Source: Vicugna vicugna (lineage: Eukaryota). Taken from it: 64,000 nt of DNA. Below are positions 22,721-33,175 of this stretch, in pieces; positions within the stretch are counted from its first letter, which is position 1, and each line of letters begins with the position of its first letter. The stretch lies in the NCBI GenBank assembly GCA_013265495.1, contig MU058687.1, positions 4,648,093 to 4,712,092 on the forward strand, read 5' to 3'. The notes under the pieces are model-generated. The model made no database searches. It had not been told where the DNA came from and saw only the letters and a list, made by a program, of their open reading frames with translations. Position numbers and translations under genes: made by a program.

Positions 22721-24789
22721 AATAACAGTGTGTGGTCCGTCCTCACAGAAAGGAGAACGTGAACTAGCGAAAACACGTGCCATCACCAGAGGAGAAAGCA
22801 GAGGGAAGAGAAAGAGGCTCAAAACCCTAGCAACTTACCTACCTTGACCATAGCCCTTTCTGTTTTTCAAGTTAAGTTGATATTTCACCTTCCTGCTTAA
22901 CCTTTTCCAGAAAGATGAAGAAACCCATGCTTGGTCACTAAGCTAGAGTGACATGAAACAGACATAACGTGAAATCAGTCGCATTCATAGTATGTAATAA
23001 ACCCTTCTTCGTCTTCAGTTGAATCACATGTAAAAGCAATTTACTGGCTCAAGTAATGATCCCCTTAGAGAATTAAATTTCACTTTTGGCTAAACGTGTT
23101 GGTATCTTGGTCTTTTCCAAAAAAAACACATCCTCAGTTTTATCTTAACTGGCGTGGCTGGCTGATTGACTCCTCTTTTTAAAGATGCGCTTTAGGGATG
23201 ACAAGGATGGCATCACAGATACTGAATTATCACAGATATGGTGAATGTCACAGATACGGAAAGCCTGGCAGGGTGTTTCCTGCAGTAGCTTAGAGCGCTG
23301 TGTCTTAAGCTGCACGTTAACAAATATTTTGTTGACATGGGGAAATGTAAACATGATTCTTCATATCGTCCTGGTCAATAAATGTGCATTGAGAATGCAC
23401 TGAGCCGTGGCCCCACGCTTATGCACAGGTCTCTAGGTTGTTTGTATTCCTAGCCTCTCCATAGACTCGCCTAGACACAGGACCACCTGGCCCACGCTCT
23501 GCAATTTAGTTCCCTTGCTTGGGTGGAATCGCCTATAGAACAGGCAAGAACTGCTGGGATTCAGAGGCCTTCGTGTGGCTACTATGAGACTGAGAAAACC
23601 TGTAGCAAACTGGACCAGCCAGATTTGAAAGATCTGTCTTAAACTTTCTATGGCCACTATTACAACCAACGCTGTCAAATTTCAACTTTAAAAATGGTAC
23701 CAACATTTCCTTTATAGGCAACCTTGAACCTGGAAAACCCATAGCAGTTTTCAGGATAGTCGCCTTTAATTTCCCACCACCCTTGCGATTTACGAGGTGC
23801 TAAAACTGTGATTTCAGTACATTTTGCAAGGAGGATTTTTACACTATCAAACTACTAGTCTGTCTCTCATCTGGTCTTGTTTTCTATCAAGGCATATCGA
23901 AGAATAGGTGTCCCCTTGCCCACGATGTGGAAACATCACCAAGAATGTTTTCTTGTTTATTAAAGCTTTTGCTCTGTGTGTGTGTGCGCGTGCACACACG
24001 TATTACACAGTTTAGTTCTGTTATTGTCATTATTGAGATATTTTGATTGTGTTTGATTTTGACTGTTTGATTCAGACAGATACGCGTCCTCCTTTATATT
24101 CCCAGATAAGGGGACGTACTGGTTAGGTAGAAGAGCATGGGTGTATTTTATAGTGACACATGGTCTCAGTTTTGTTACTTATCTGCATGGCTGCCTTCAA
24201 CTGTGTTTACTCCGCATGGATGGGCACGTGTTAACGATACAAGCATCACCAGATCTCGGAATCGCATTGCTGAAGGAGACCTTCATTCCAGTGCTCATCA
24301 TTTTTCGCTGCTGCTGTCATAAAAAAGTTCTCTAACTGGTTTTCTTCTCTTTGATTTTAGCTTTCTTTGTAGTCTTGGTCTTACCAGGTTTCTACTTAGA
24401 AATCAGTGTGCACTTTAATTTCCCAGACTCACTTCCTGCCAGTCACCGGTCTGCGTCAGTGACTTCAGCACCCACCCAGCTCTTCCTGGCCCCTTAGCAT
24501 GCTCTGCACTGGTTGGCTCACACGCCTCTGTGTGTGCTGTTTGCTCTTCTGAGAGTGTCCTGTGACCGTCTTCTCCTCCAAGACCAGACTCCAGTGGCAC
24601 CTCCCTTATAAATGAGTTGATTGAGCTATTGTTTTATTGATTCTGTCATTCAGACACGTTACTTGAGTGCCTGCTTGATTGGGGGAAAACTTTCTCTAAA
24701 CAGAATTAAGCATTTAATCCTCTGGGTTTTCTCACCACTTGGGATTCACAGTCATGACTAATCCACACTGGGTTCTAATAATTTAGGCT

Positions 24790-24920
24790 TCGTCCCTTTG
24801 TAAACTGTGAGGTCCTTGAGTGCAGAGTGGATTTCTTATTTTTTTTCCATGTTCATAGCATCCAGCCTAGTGTCTGGCACAAGCAGGGGCCCAGTAAATG
24901 TTTGTTCACTAGAAGAATGA
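24790..24920 (+). mobile_element. L2 3' end
   Basis: taaactgtgaggtccttgagtgcagag...cagcctagtgtctggcacaagcaggggcccagtaaatgtttgtt. Confidence 0.75.
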
Positions 24921-26104
24921 TTTGTTTTGCCAGGAGACCTTCTTGGGAGGTACTGAGTGGGGAGCCTTCCTTACATATATAATGACCAGCCTTTTCTCTG
25001 TTCTTCAACGCAGCATCCCAAAGTAGATAAACTGGAGTTTTATCTTTACCAGCCATCCTTTTCTCATCCGCATCCTGCTTTCCCAGTGCTCTCTTGCACC
25101 CCCCCACTGTGTGCAAAGCTCCAAACCTGGGGAAATACCTTGCAGTGCTTTCATTCTAAAGGGGAGCAATTGAAAGCATTTCTCTGGTAATTTAAGCACA
25201 CAGCAGCTACCTTTGCAAAAGCCTGGTTGCTAAATTATCCCCTTGGCTATTCTCCCCCCCCCCACCGCCGTAGTAGGGGAAAGGAGAAAATAAAAAAACA
25301 CTAGGGGGAAAAAGAGACTCTAGCAAGAAAAGACACTGTTTTCTTTGGATTTAGCTTTCTTCCTCCTCACCTCCCTCCACTCAGCAACTGTGAGGCTCCT
25401 GGTGCGGCACATTCTGCTCCTTTTTCTTTTAATGTCTTAAATGCCACGGATGCTCTTCATAAACCACCTTCTTAATTATGCAGAAGTGGAGCAGAATGGT
25501 TAGTTAGCAGTGCTACTGCAATTACTACCCTTTTTAAGGTCTGCTGCTGTTTTATGCGATGCTGTTTTCTAAGTTGCTGATTAAGATGATGTAGTGGGCG
25601 GGGTCCTTCTTCCCGCTGTCGGAGAGAGGCCTCAGAAGGCTGGGACGATGAGTCCTCAGACAGTCGTTTACAGCCTAATCAGAATTAAGAAGCGGTGTCA
25701 AGGAGCACATGAAAGAGATATGCTCATTTGTTTCCTTCTTCTGACGAATGAAGCCTTCTGGTCTTCTTCAGCTTTCTCCTCTGTCCTTTCCTGATGCTGG
25801 AACTGTGGAAGAATGTCCACCGTGGCTCTTGGGGAGAAGTCCATGTCTTAGCTCTACCTGATATCCTGATGCTTTCAGGCATCTTCGGGGATCCTGGAGC
25901 TCGAGTGCTGGCAGGGAGATTTAACAACTGCGAAGATTTGAATTAATCTCTTCAACTGGCTGTTTCTCTTTTTTTAACCAAATGTGAATCATGCCATGTG
26001 CCCATCTTGGGCCCTGAGAGGCTATGCTTCTAGGCTTCTTTTAGGTATTAAATGAAAAAAAAAATGTGAACTTGAAAGCAGCCTGCTGTTGTAAAATAGT
26101 ACAA

Positions 26105-26580
26105 TCATTCATTCATTCATAGATGTTAACTGAGTGCCTAAAATGTCCTAGGTGCCAAGCAAGGCCCACAGGATGGGGCGGGGAGTAGTATAAAGTCCCT
26201 AGCCTTTACAGAAACGGCATTCTATTCAGGGATACTGATGTTAAACCCGTCAGGGAGTAAGTGTATAACTTTAAGTGGTGATGAGCGCTCAAAAGAAAAG
26301 TAAAGGAAGGTGAGGGAGAGGAGATTGTGTGAGGGGATGCTGTTTTGGATGGAATGGTCAGAGAAGCTTCTCTTTGAAGTGATATTGAAGCAGATGCTTG
26401 AATGAGGTGAGGCAGCAAGCAGTAAGAATATCCAGCAAGAACGTTCCAGGCTGAGGGGCTCGCAGGTGTCGTAACCCTCGAACCAGGATTGCAAGTGCTG
26501 ATTTGAGGAGCAGCAAGGAGGCCAGTGGCTATAGTACAGGGAGTCAGCAGCACAGGGGGTCAGTGAGGCCCGAGAGGACC
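26105..26580 (-). mobile_element. L2a LINE 3' end
   Basis: (cattc)n tail, then ctgagtgcct...aagtccctagcc...ggtcagagaagcttctctttgaagtgatattgaagcaga...gcaaggaggccagtgg. Confidence 0.85.
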
Positions 26581-26590
26581 CAGACAGCCC

Positions 26591-26837
26591 TTCTGGTTTT
26601 CATTTTCAATAAGTTCCCTGAGATAGTCAATGATTTTATCATAAAATAGACTTTGTGTTCACTGGTTTTGCCCTACAACAGCTAACGTTACATGTTCTGA
26701 GTGTGTCCCAGGTAGGCTGGGCTAAGCTGTGTAAGCTAAGCTACGGAGGTTAGCTATATTAAATGCAGTTTAACCTAGGATATTTGCAACAATGGATTTA
26801 TTAGGACTTACCCGCATCGTAAGTAGGAAGATGTGTA
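26591..26837 (-). mobile_element. MER47A TcMar-Tigger MITE, partial
   Basis: ttatcataaaatagactttgtgtt...aggtaggctgggctaagct...tattaaatgca...cccgcatcgtaagt...tgta matches antisense MER47A. Confidence 0.8.
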
Positions 26838-27352
26838 AGTACGACCAGCCCTGCCTACCAGCTGCTATTGAGAGCCAGGGTTAGCCGACCTCCAGGGTGC
26901 CCAGGGCCTCCCTTCCCTGTCCTCTCCCAGCTCAGAGACAAGACAAGAAGCCAAGCAGTGAAATAAGAGCGGACTTCTGATCACTATAAGGAAATGTCCT
27001 GTTTCTCTGTCAGAATGTGGATTGTGGCACCAGGGGGTGTGCTCTTATGTTACAGTCTAAAGAGTTTTATTTTAAAGAAAAAGGATTTGTTGGCACTGTG
27101 GCATGTGTGTGTCTGTGTGTGCATGTGAGCATGTGGATAAGCCTGCACGGAGTGACTGCTTTATTTTGCTTTTTTTCCCTCCCATTACAGGAAGTAATTT
27201 TGGAGGTAAATCACATGACAGTTGATTTTTTTCCTTCTTCATAGTAGATGCAGCAGAAAATGCTGAAGTTATGTTTGCCCTGTTTCCTCCCTGCTTCATT
27301 TCTGTGTGATCACATCCCTCTTTTAATAGGCATCTTGAGAGAAAGTTTAGGC

Positions 27353-27850
27353 CACAATGTGTACTCCTATTAAGAGAGATGTTCTAGAAGAGAGGGATAT
27401 ATATAGATATAGATATAGATGATATAGATATTCTGATATAGATATAGATATTCTGATATATGTAGATATATATATATTTGATTCTCCATCTGAAGCTGAA
27501 AGGAAATATGAATTATTAAACTCATGAATGAGGGTAGGCAATGTTAAGGACTTAAGGATACACACACACACACAATGTGTACTCCTATTAAGAGAGATGT
27601 TCTAGAAGAGAGGGATATATATATAGATATAGATATTCTGATATAGATATAGATATTCTGATATATAGATATAGATATTCTGATATAGATATAGATGATA
27701 TAGATATTCTGATATAGATATAGATATTCTGATATATGTAGATATATATATATTTGATTCTCCATCTGAAGCTGAAAGGAAATATGAATTATTAAACTCA
27801 TGAATGAGGGTAGGCAATGTTAAGGACTTAAGGATACACACACACACACA
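27353..27850. repeat. Tandem duplication (218 + about 280 bp), each copy carrying a (gatata/gatattct)n minisatellite and ending in (CA)n
   Basis: Copy 1 is 27353-27570 and copy 2 is 27571-27850. The unique parts are identical; the internal minisatellite is 58 bp longer in copy 2. Confidence 0.95.
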
Positions 27851-28094
27851 TTCACTATTTGGTTATATAACTACCCCAGATGCTCTTCTGCATTTAGTTA
27901 AGATCAGTTCTGCCATGTCCAGGAACCTCTTGTGTGCCACCTGCGATAATTACTGTCCTCCATTCCCAAACTGTTCTCATTTGCCTGTCACTTAGCCCTG
28001 GCTACCATATAATGCTATTTACCTTTTCTGTCCATTTGTCTTTTCTAGCCACTTGCATCATCAGCTTCTTTAGGCCTTCAAGATGCCCCCCATC

Positions 28095-28480
28095 TGCATC
28101 AGTTCAGGCTCTTTGGTGGCAAGCAACAGAAGCAGGATTAGACTACCTTTAGCAGGTTAGATATTTATAGAAAGGCTTTTGGGTAGCTCACAGAACCAAA
28201 GCAAAGACTGGAGTAAAAGCTTTCCTAAAAGAATCAGGGAATCTTGGGAGGTCTAGGTATTAGGAGATTATAAATTTTCCAGGCTGTTGTTACTAGAATA
28301 AATGGACTCCAGTTATTCCCTCCATATCCTTACAATAGTCTGCTGAAACCTCAGAGGTGTCAGGTCATCTGCGCTCCCCTAGGGAAGTAGAAATCAGTCA
28401 CCTTTTTGATAGTTGTATGAGGCTGTGGACAATGAGAAGGAGATATAATTACCCCAAAGAAAACCAGGACACTGGGTGGT
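28095..28480 (-). mobile_element. Old MLT1-family (ERVL-MaLR) LTR remnant
   Basis: tgcatcagttcaggctctttggtggcaagcaacagaagc...atttatagaaagg...gggtagctcacagaa. Right boundary uncertain. Confidence 0.55.
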
Positions 28481-29060
28481 CCTAACCAAGTGCCTACTAG
28501 AATATCAAGTACACGTTGATGCTTGTTGTTAGAACTCTCTGCAGAGCTGGTGACAGTGTTGGTGATGGTGATGGTTAAAGGAGGAAGACTCCTAAGAGCT
28601 TCTGCTGTTTTAAGGACGTAATCACAAAATGTCCTTGCATTCAGAATGGCAAACAAGTGGTATGATCTGTCAACATCTTAACTTAATGCAGGCTGGCCAT
28701 CCTTTCTTTCTGGATTTAGGTTGTAGCAATGTTTCCACAAAGGCTACAATAATAAACAGTATAATGCTATATAAAGCAGGTGCTGTACTCCCTGAATAAG
28801 ACTGCATGTGCTGGAAACAAGGACACCTAATTGAATCACCTGTGCTATGTCCCTTTCAGCCCTCGAGGCATAATTGAAGCCTTATCTTCTTTGTCACTTT
28901 TGTGATTTCCATCCCCATATTCTCACATTTCAGTGGCTGTATTATGAACAATGCCAAGGTCAGACTGGTGTAGAAACCAGTATCATATATTTTACCATTG
29001 GAATGATGCATCCTGATGACAAATATTTATACATCACTTTCTCCTCTCACTACAATTTCG

Positions 29061-29063
<3 letters not shown>

Positions 29064-29097
<34 letters not shown>
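29064..29097. repeat. (TG)17 microsatellite
   Basis: Perfect dinucleotide run. Confidence 0.97.
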
Positions 29098-29099
<2 letters not shown>

Positions 29100-30439
29100 T
29101 AATTGGCCACATACTTTAAATTCCTTGGGAAAACATACCACCATTAAAAATGCTTCACCTGTTTTGTAAAAATAAAATTGGCAAGCTAAAGAAGATGTTT
29201 TTCCTTCCAATTCTGTCATAAAATTTCTATTCCCCAGATTTAAACTTCCTGGACTTAAGCTGCCCTTATAGTTAGAGGAAACATTATTTTAAGAACAGTT
29301 TAAATTGGACCTCATTGTGAAACTGGCTACTGAATCTGAGTCGGGACCTTCTTCTGGAGGGAGGTAATTAAATATTCTTCATTGATGCTATTTTAAATGT
29401 GTTGAATGAAAGGAGTTAATTATACAGCAGGGAACGTGGAAGACTTCTGACTAATAATGAGCTCTCTGTTTAATATCTTCATCTTTGTTAGAATCATTAA
29501 AGTTGTTGGAGCCAATCAGATGGCTTGAAGTGAACATAGGCTCATAACTAGCCCAGCGCAAATGGAAGTCCCTCACAGATGCAGGCGCTCGTATCTCTAA
29601 TGATGACTTCAGGGAAAGGATGCAGATACGTTGCTTTGTTCTGTGCGGTGCAGTCTGTTTCAGTTGGCCTTCTGTTTTGATCGTAGGGAGAAAAGAAGAG
29701 TAAGTCCCATTGTTTCAAGAGTGCATCTGTTACAGTGAACTGATGTGTGTGCCTGGAAACTGTAAAAGAGGATGTGATTTCTTTTCCTCAGAGCCTTACA
29801 TGGTTGATCACTTCAGAATCTGGGGCAGTGTGGAAATCTCTGTGCTGCTGTGTCCTCACAAGATATGTATGAACATCTTAGGATGCCCAGGAACTGCTAG
29901 AGGACCAACCGTGGTCCTAAAGAACAGATATTCTAACTAACACTCAATTGGAGAGAGAGGCTTCAGAGGTCAAGTTTTCCATACTCCATCACTGTCTTGT
30001 TCTTCGTCTTTAAACTAATTTTATAAACTCCTAGACATTTAAGGTACTTTTCTTAAATTCCTCCTTCCTTCTGATTGCTTCACAGAACAGCATGTGGCTT
30101 TGTTCTTACTTATAGGACTCCCAGAACTCTGCTCTGTCCTTTCCACGTTGGAGTTTGTAGCTTTGCCCTTCAAAGTACAGAAGATCAAAGGAGTTTTCTT
30201 CTTCCGTCGCTTCCTTGATTCTCCAAGGGAGTCCTGTTACCTGGCTGTGGGGAGCTGTAACAGTGACTGGCTGTGAGATCAGCCAGCCTCTAAGCGATCT
30301 TCACATGTAGGAGTTGGGAGACCTTGAACAAGAGGAAGGGTAGAATGACCAAGTTCTCACATGGGCCCAGGCAGCCAGTGTGTGTGTGTGTGTGAAGGGG
30401 AAGTGAAAGCTAAGACAGGACAGCAACTATGATAGGGAA

Positions 30440-30625
30440 GGGAAGAGACCTGGATTAAAATCTCAGCTCTGACTCTCACTGGCATACAGCTTGGGCAATT
30501 GATGTGTCTTCTCTAAGCTCATTCCATAATCTTTCAAAGGGCGATAAAGTAGTACCTGCTTTGTGGTATTGCTGCAAGGATTCAGTGAGGTAATTCAGGT
30601 AAAACACACAGCCCATTGCTCAATT
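30440..30625 (+). mobile_element. MIR SINE
   Basis: agacctggattaaaatctcagctctg...cttgggcaattg...ctctaagctc...gtagtacctgctttgtggtattgctgcaaggatt. Confidence 0.7.
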
Positions 30626-31283
30626 ATATTATCACTCACTATTAGGAGTGTGTTGGTTGAAGATTTTTTTTTTAATTTAAGTAAATCCAGTTAAAAATCT
30701 TTCATTTTCATTGATCTGAGTCTTCCAAGCACTGTAGTTTTCCTCTGAGTTCTAACTGCTCATCCCAACTGGAGGTCTAAGGTATTATCTTTTTGTGTGT
30801 TTGTTAATTATTTGACATGCTTTTTTCTCAAATTAAGGGAAAACACTCATTTCTTAGTCACTATTTAGAGTCAAAATGTGAGACGAAGTGTTTGTTTTGC
30901 AAAGTGCTGTGAAATAGGGGAAAAATGGTTTGGGGAACTGTGGGGAGATCCCTTTAAGAAAGAAACATTCCTACCCACTTTAGAGGAGGGGAGTTAATGA
31001 GGGGAGCATCAGTGTCCCCGCCGCGATCTCTCTGGGCTCACACGCCGGACAGATGAATTCCCTCTGCAGTGCTGTGGGTCACAGTTTAGGGCCACAGAGT
31101 TTAGGACCACAGTCACAGCTTTCTCCAGACAGGCTTTTTAACCAAAGGTGTGGTGAAATTTTTCAGGCCAATCAGAAAGTGTTACCTAGGCGAGCAAGAA
31201 GAAATCACATCCAATTCGTTAAAAGTCCTCCCAGGCTGGGTAGGGCCCGATTGCTCACATCTGTGGGAATGCTAGGTATTAAC

Positions 31284-31459
31284 CATTGGTTCCCAAACAT
31301 AAATGTGCACCAGAGACCCCAGGGGTGCTGATTAAGTCACTGACTGCAGTGACCCTGCTTCACGGGAGGCCTCAGATGGAGCCTGAGAATCAGCATGTTT
31401 CACAGGGTCCCAGGTGAGGCTGTGCTGCCGGCTGAGGGACGGCATTGTGAAAAACGCTG
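31284..31459. mobile_element. MER5A hAT-Charlie MITE
   Basis: cattggttcccaaac...ggagcctgagaatcagcatgtttcacagggtcccaggtgaggctgtgctgccgg...gtgaaaaacgctg. Confidence 0.75.
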
Positions 31460-31467
31460 TCAGAGTC

Positions 31468-31633
31468 CCTGGCTGTTCAAAATACGGTCCCTGGACCACT
31501 AGCGTCAACAGCTCCTGGAAGTCTGTGAAAAACGCAGAAGCTCAGGCCCCACAGCAGATCCACTGCATCAGAATCTGCATCTTAACAAGCTCCCAGGTGA
31601 TTTGTTTGCACATTAAAAGTTTGAGAGACACTG
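31468..31633. mobile_element. MER5A1 hAT-Charlie MITE
   Basis: ggtccctggaccac...atcagaatctgcatcttaacaagctcccaggtgatttgtttgcacattaaaagtttgagagacactg. Confidence 0.85.
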
Positions 31634-31649
31634 ATCTGGTGCTTTAGGC

Positions 31650-31875
31650 AAAGACTTTGGAGAATTCAGAGTGTGAATCGTTCAGACCTGGGTTCAAGTC
31701 TCAGGACTGCCATTCCCTAACCCAGTAACTTTGGAGGAAGTTGTCTTTTTCTTTTTTTTAAATCATTTTCACCAGAAAAAATTGGGATGATCATACTTTA
31801 TAAAGTTGTTGTGAAGATTAAATGTGATAATATATGTAAAGTGTATATAATTAGTTAGTGTTGTTAAATGGTGTC
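31650..31875 (+). mobile_element. MIR SINE
   Basis: cagacctgggttcaagtctcagg...aaaaattgggatgatcatac...gttgttgtgaagattaaatgtgataatatatgtaaagtg. Confidence 0.75.
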
Positions 31876-32106
31876 CTCATTCCTTTTTATGTGTAATCTG
31901 TCCTGTGAAAGCATTAAGAACAGCTGTTTGAAGGAGGTATTTGAAATTCTCTCTGCAGTGTTTTCATGTGTCCTGTTTTGAGAGAAGCTATTTCCACATA
32001 CGGCTGAGTTGTCCTCCCTGTGCTGACTGTGAATCACAGCTGTAGAGACACGAAATGGATCAGCTTTGCCATAAATCAGCCTCCTGGTTTATCTCTGAAT
32101 TTGAAT

Positions 32107-32150
32107 GTGTGTGTGTGTGTATGTGTGTGTAAGAGAGAGAGAGAGAGAGA
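32107..32150. repeat. Compound (TG)n(AG)n microsatellite
   Basis: An interrupted TG run followed by an AG run. Confidence 0.9.
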
Positions 32151-32999
32151 CAGGTTTTTGGAAGTGAGGTGTGAGGGAAAACCTAGGGTATCACCTCTCC
32201 TCCCTAATAATAGGGTATGGTGTGTGTTTTTAAAGATAAAATTATATTTGTAACGTTTGACAACATCTGTTGGTAGGTTCTAACCTCACTAGGTGTTATG
32301 AAAATGCAGGTTAGGCCAGTTAGTAAAGTACTTGGAGAGCACTGAAAGATGCCGTACGGAACAGGGCGTTTGACGCTATTTAATTTTCAAAGTGTAATCC
32401 TTAGTGGTGATTTCTTTATTCTCCAATCAGCTACAATTCTAGTGTGTTGGCAGTTGGAAGATACCTTCGCCCCCTCAATGCCCTCATCGGTTGAGAAATA
32501 AGCCTGTTGCTTTTCATAGTTTACATTCTCAAAGCTCAGAAGTTTCAAAGTTGTGTTAAGTACAGTGAAATGTAATCGATGCCAAGAAAATAGATTAAAA
32601 TGAGAACTGTGCTAATGCAATTTAAGAGGGTTAACGGGACGTTGTTTTCTGGGTTATAATGTAGCTCTCTGTACGAGTGAATGAGGGGGTCTTCTGACCC
32701 TGCGTGGTGTTCGGCTTGGGGCCCCTTTCTGCGTTCGTTGCCTTCCATATAGCTGTTGGCTCCTAGGCCCTTCAGGACTGGTCATTACAGATGCATGCTT
32801 TGCTCTGTAACTACTTTTTTAGCTTTTACCAGTCGGGCAGTGGAACACTCCACCCCTTAGACAGCACCCAGGGGGATCCCCATCAGCGGTAACAGCAAGT
32901 CACAAGTTCTTCGCGAGCATCTCCTGCTGGTCCCCTGCAACGAGGGTTTGTGTGTGGGGAAGGCAAACTGTAAGACCTGATACTACAAACCCTTTAAAC

Positions 33000-33175
33000 C
33001 GCTGCTACTCAGAGTGATCCGCAAGGCCAGAGCAGCAGCACCTGGGAACTTGTTAGAAATGCAGAGTCTCAGGCTCCACTTCAGACCCACTGAGTCAGAG
33101 TTTACAGTTTATCAAGATCTGCAGGGGATGTGTGTGTGTGTGTGTGTGTGTGTGTTAAAGCTTGAGAAATACCAC
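33000..33175. mobile_element. MER5A1 MITE with an internal (TG)13 expansion at 33129-33154
   Basis: gctgctactcagagtg...cacctgggaacttgttagaaatgcagagtctcagg...ttaaagcttgagaaatacc. Confidence 0.85.

Noticed and set aside
25795..25947. Short frame containing RGSWGEVH, like a kinase glycine-rich loop
   Set aside because: No VAxK or later kinase motifs, and no exon boundaries. A chance match.
27353..27850. Repeat-spacer-like pattern considered as a CRISPR-like array
   Set aside because: It is a plain tandem duplication with a minisatellite and no unique spacers, in mammalian DNA.
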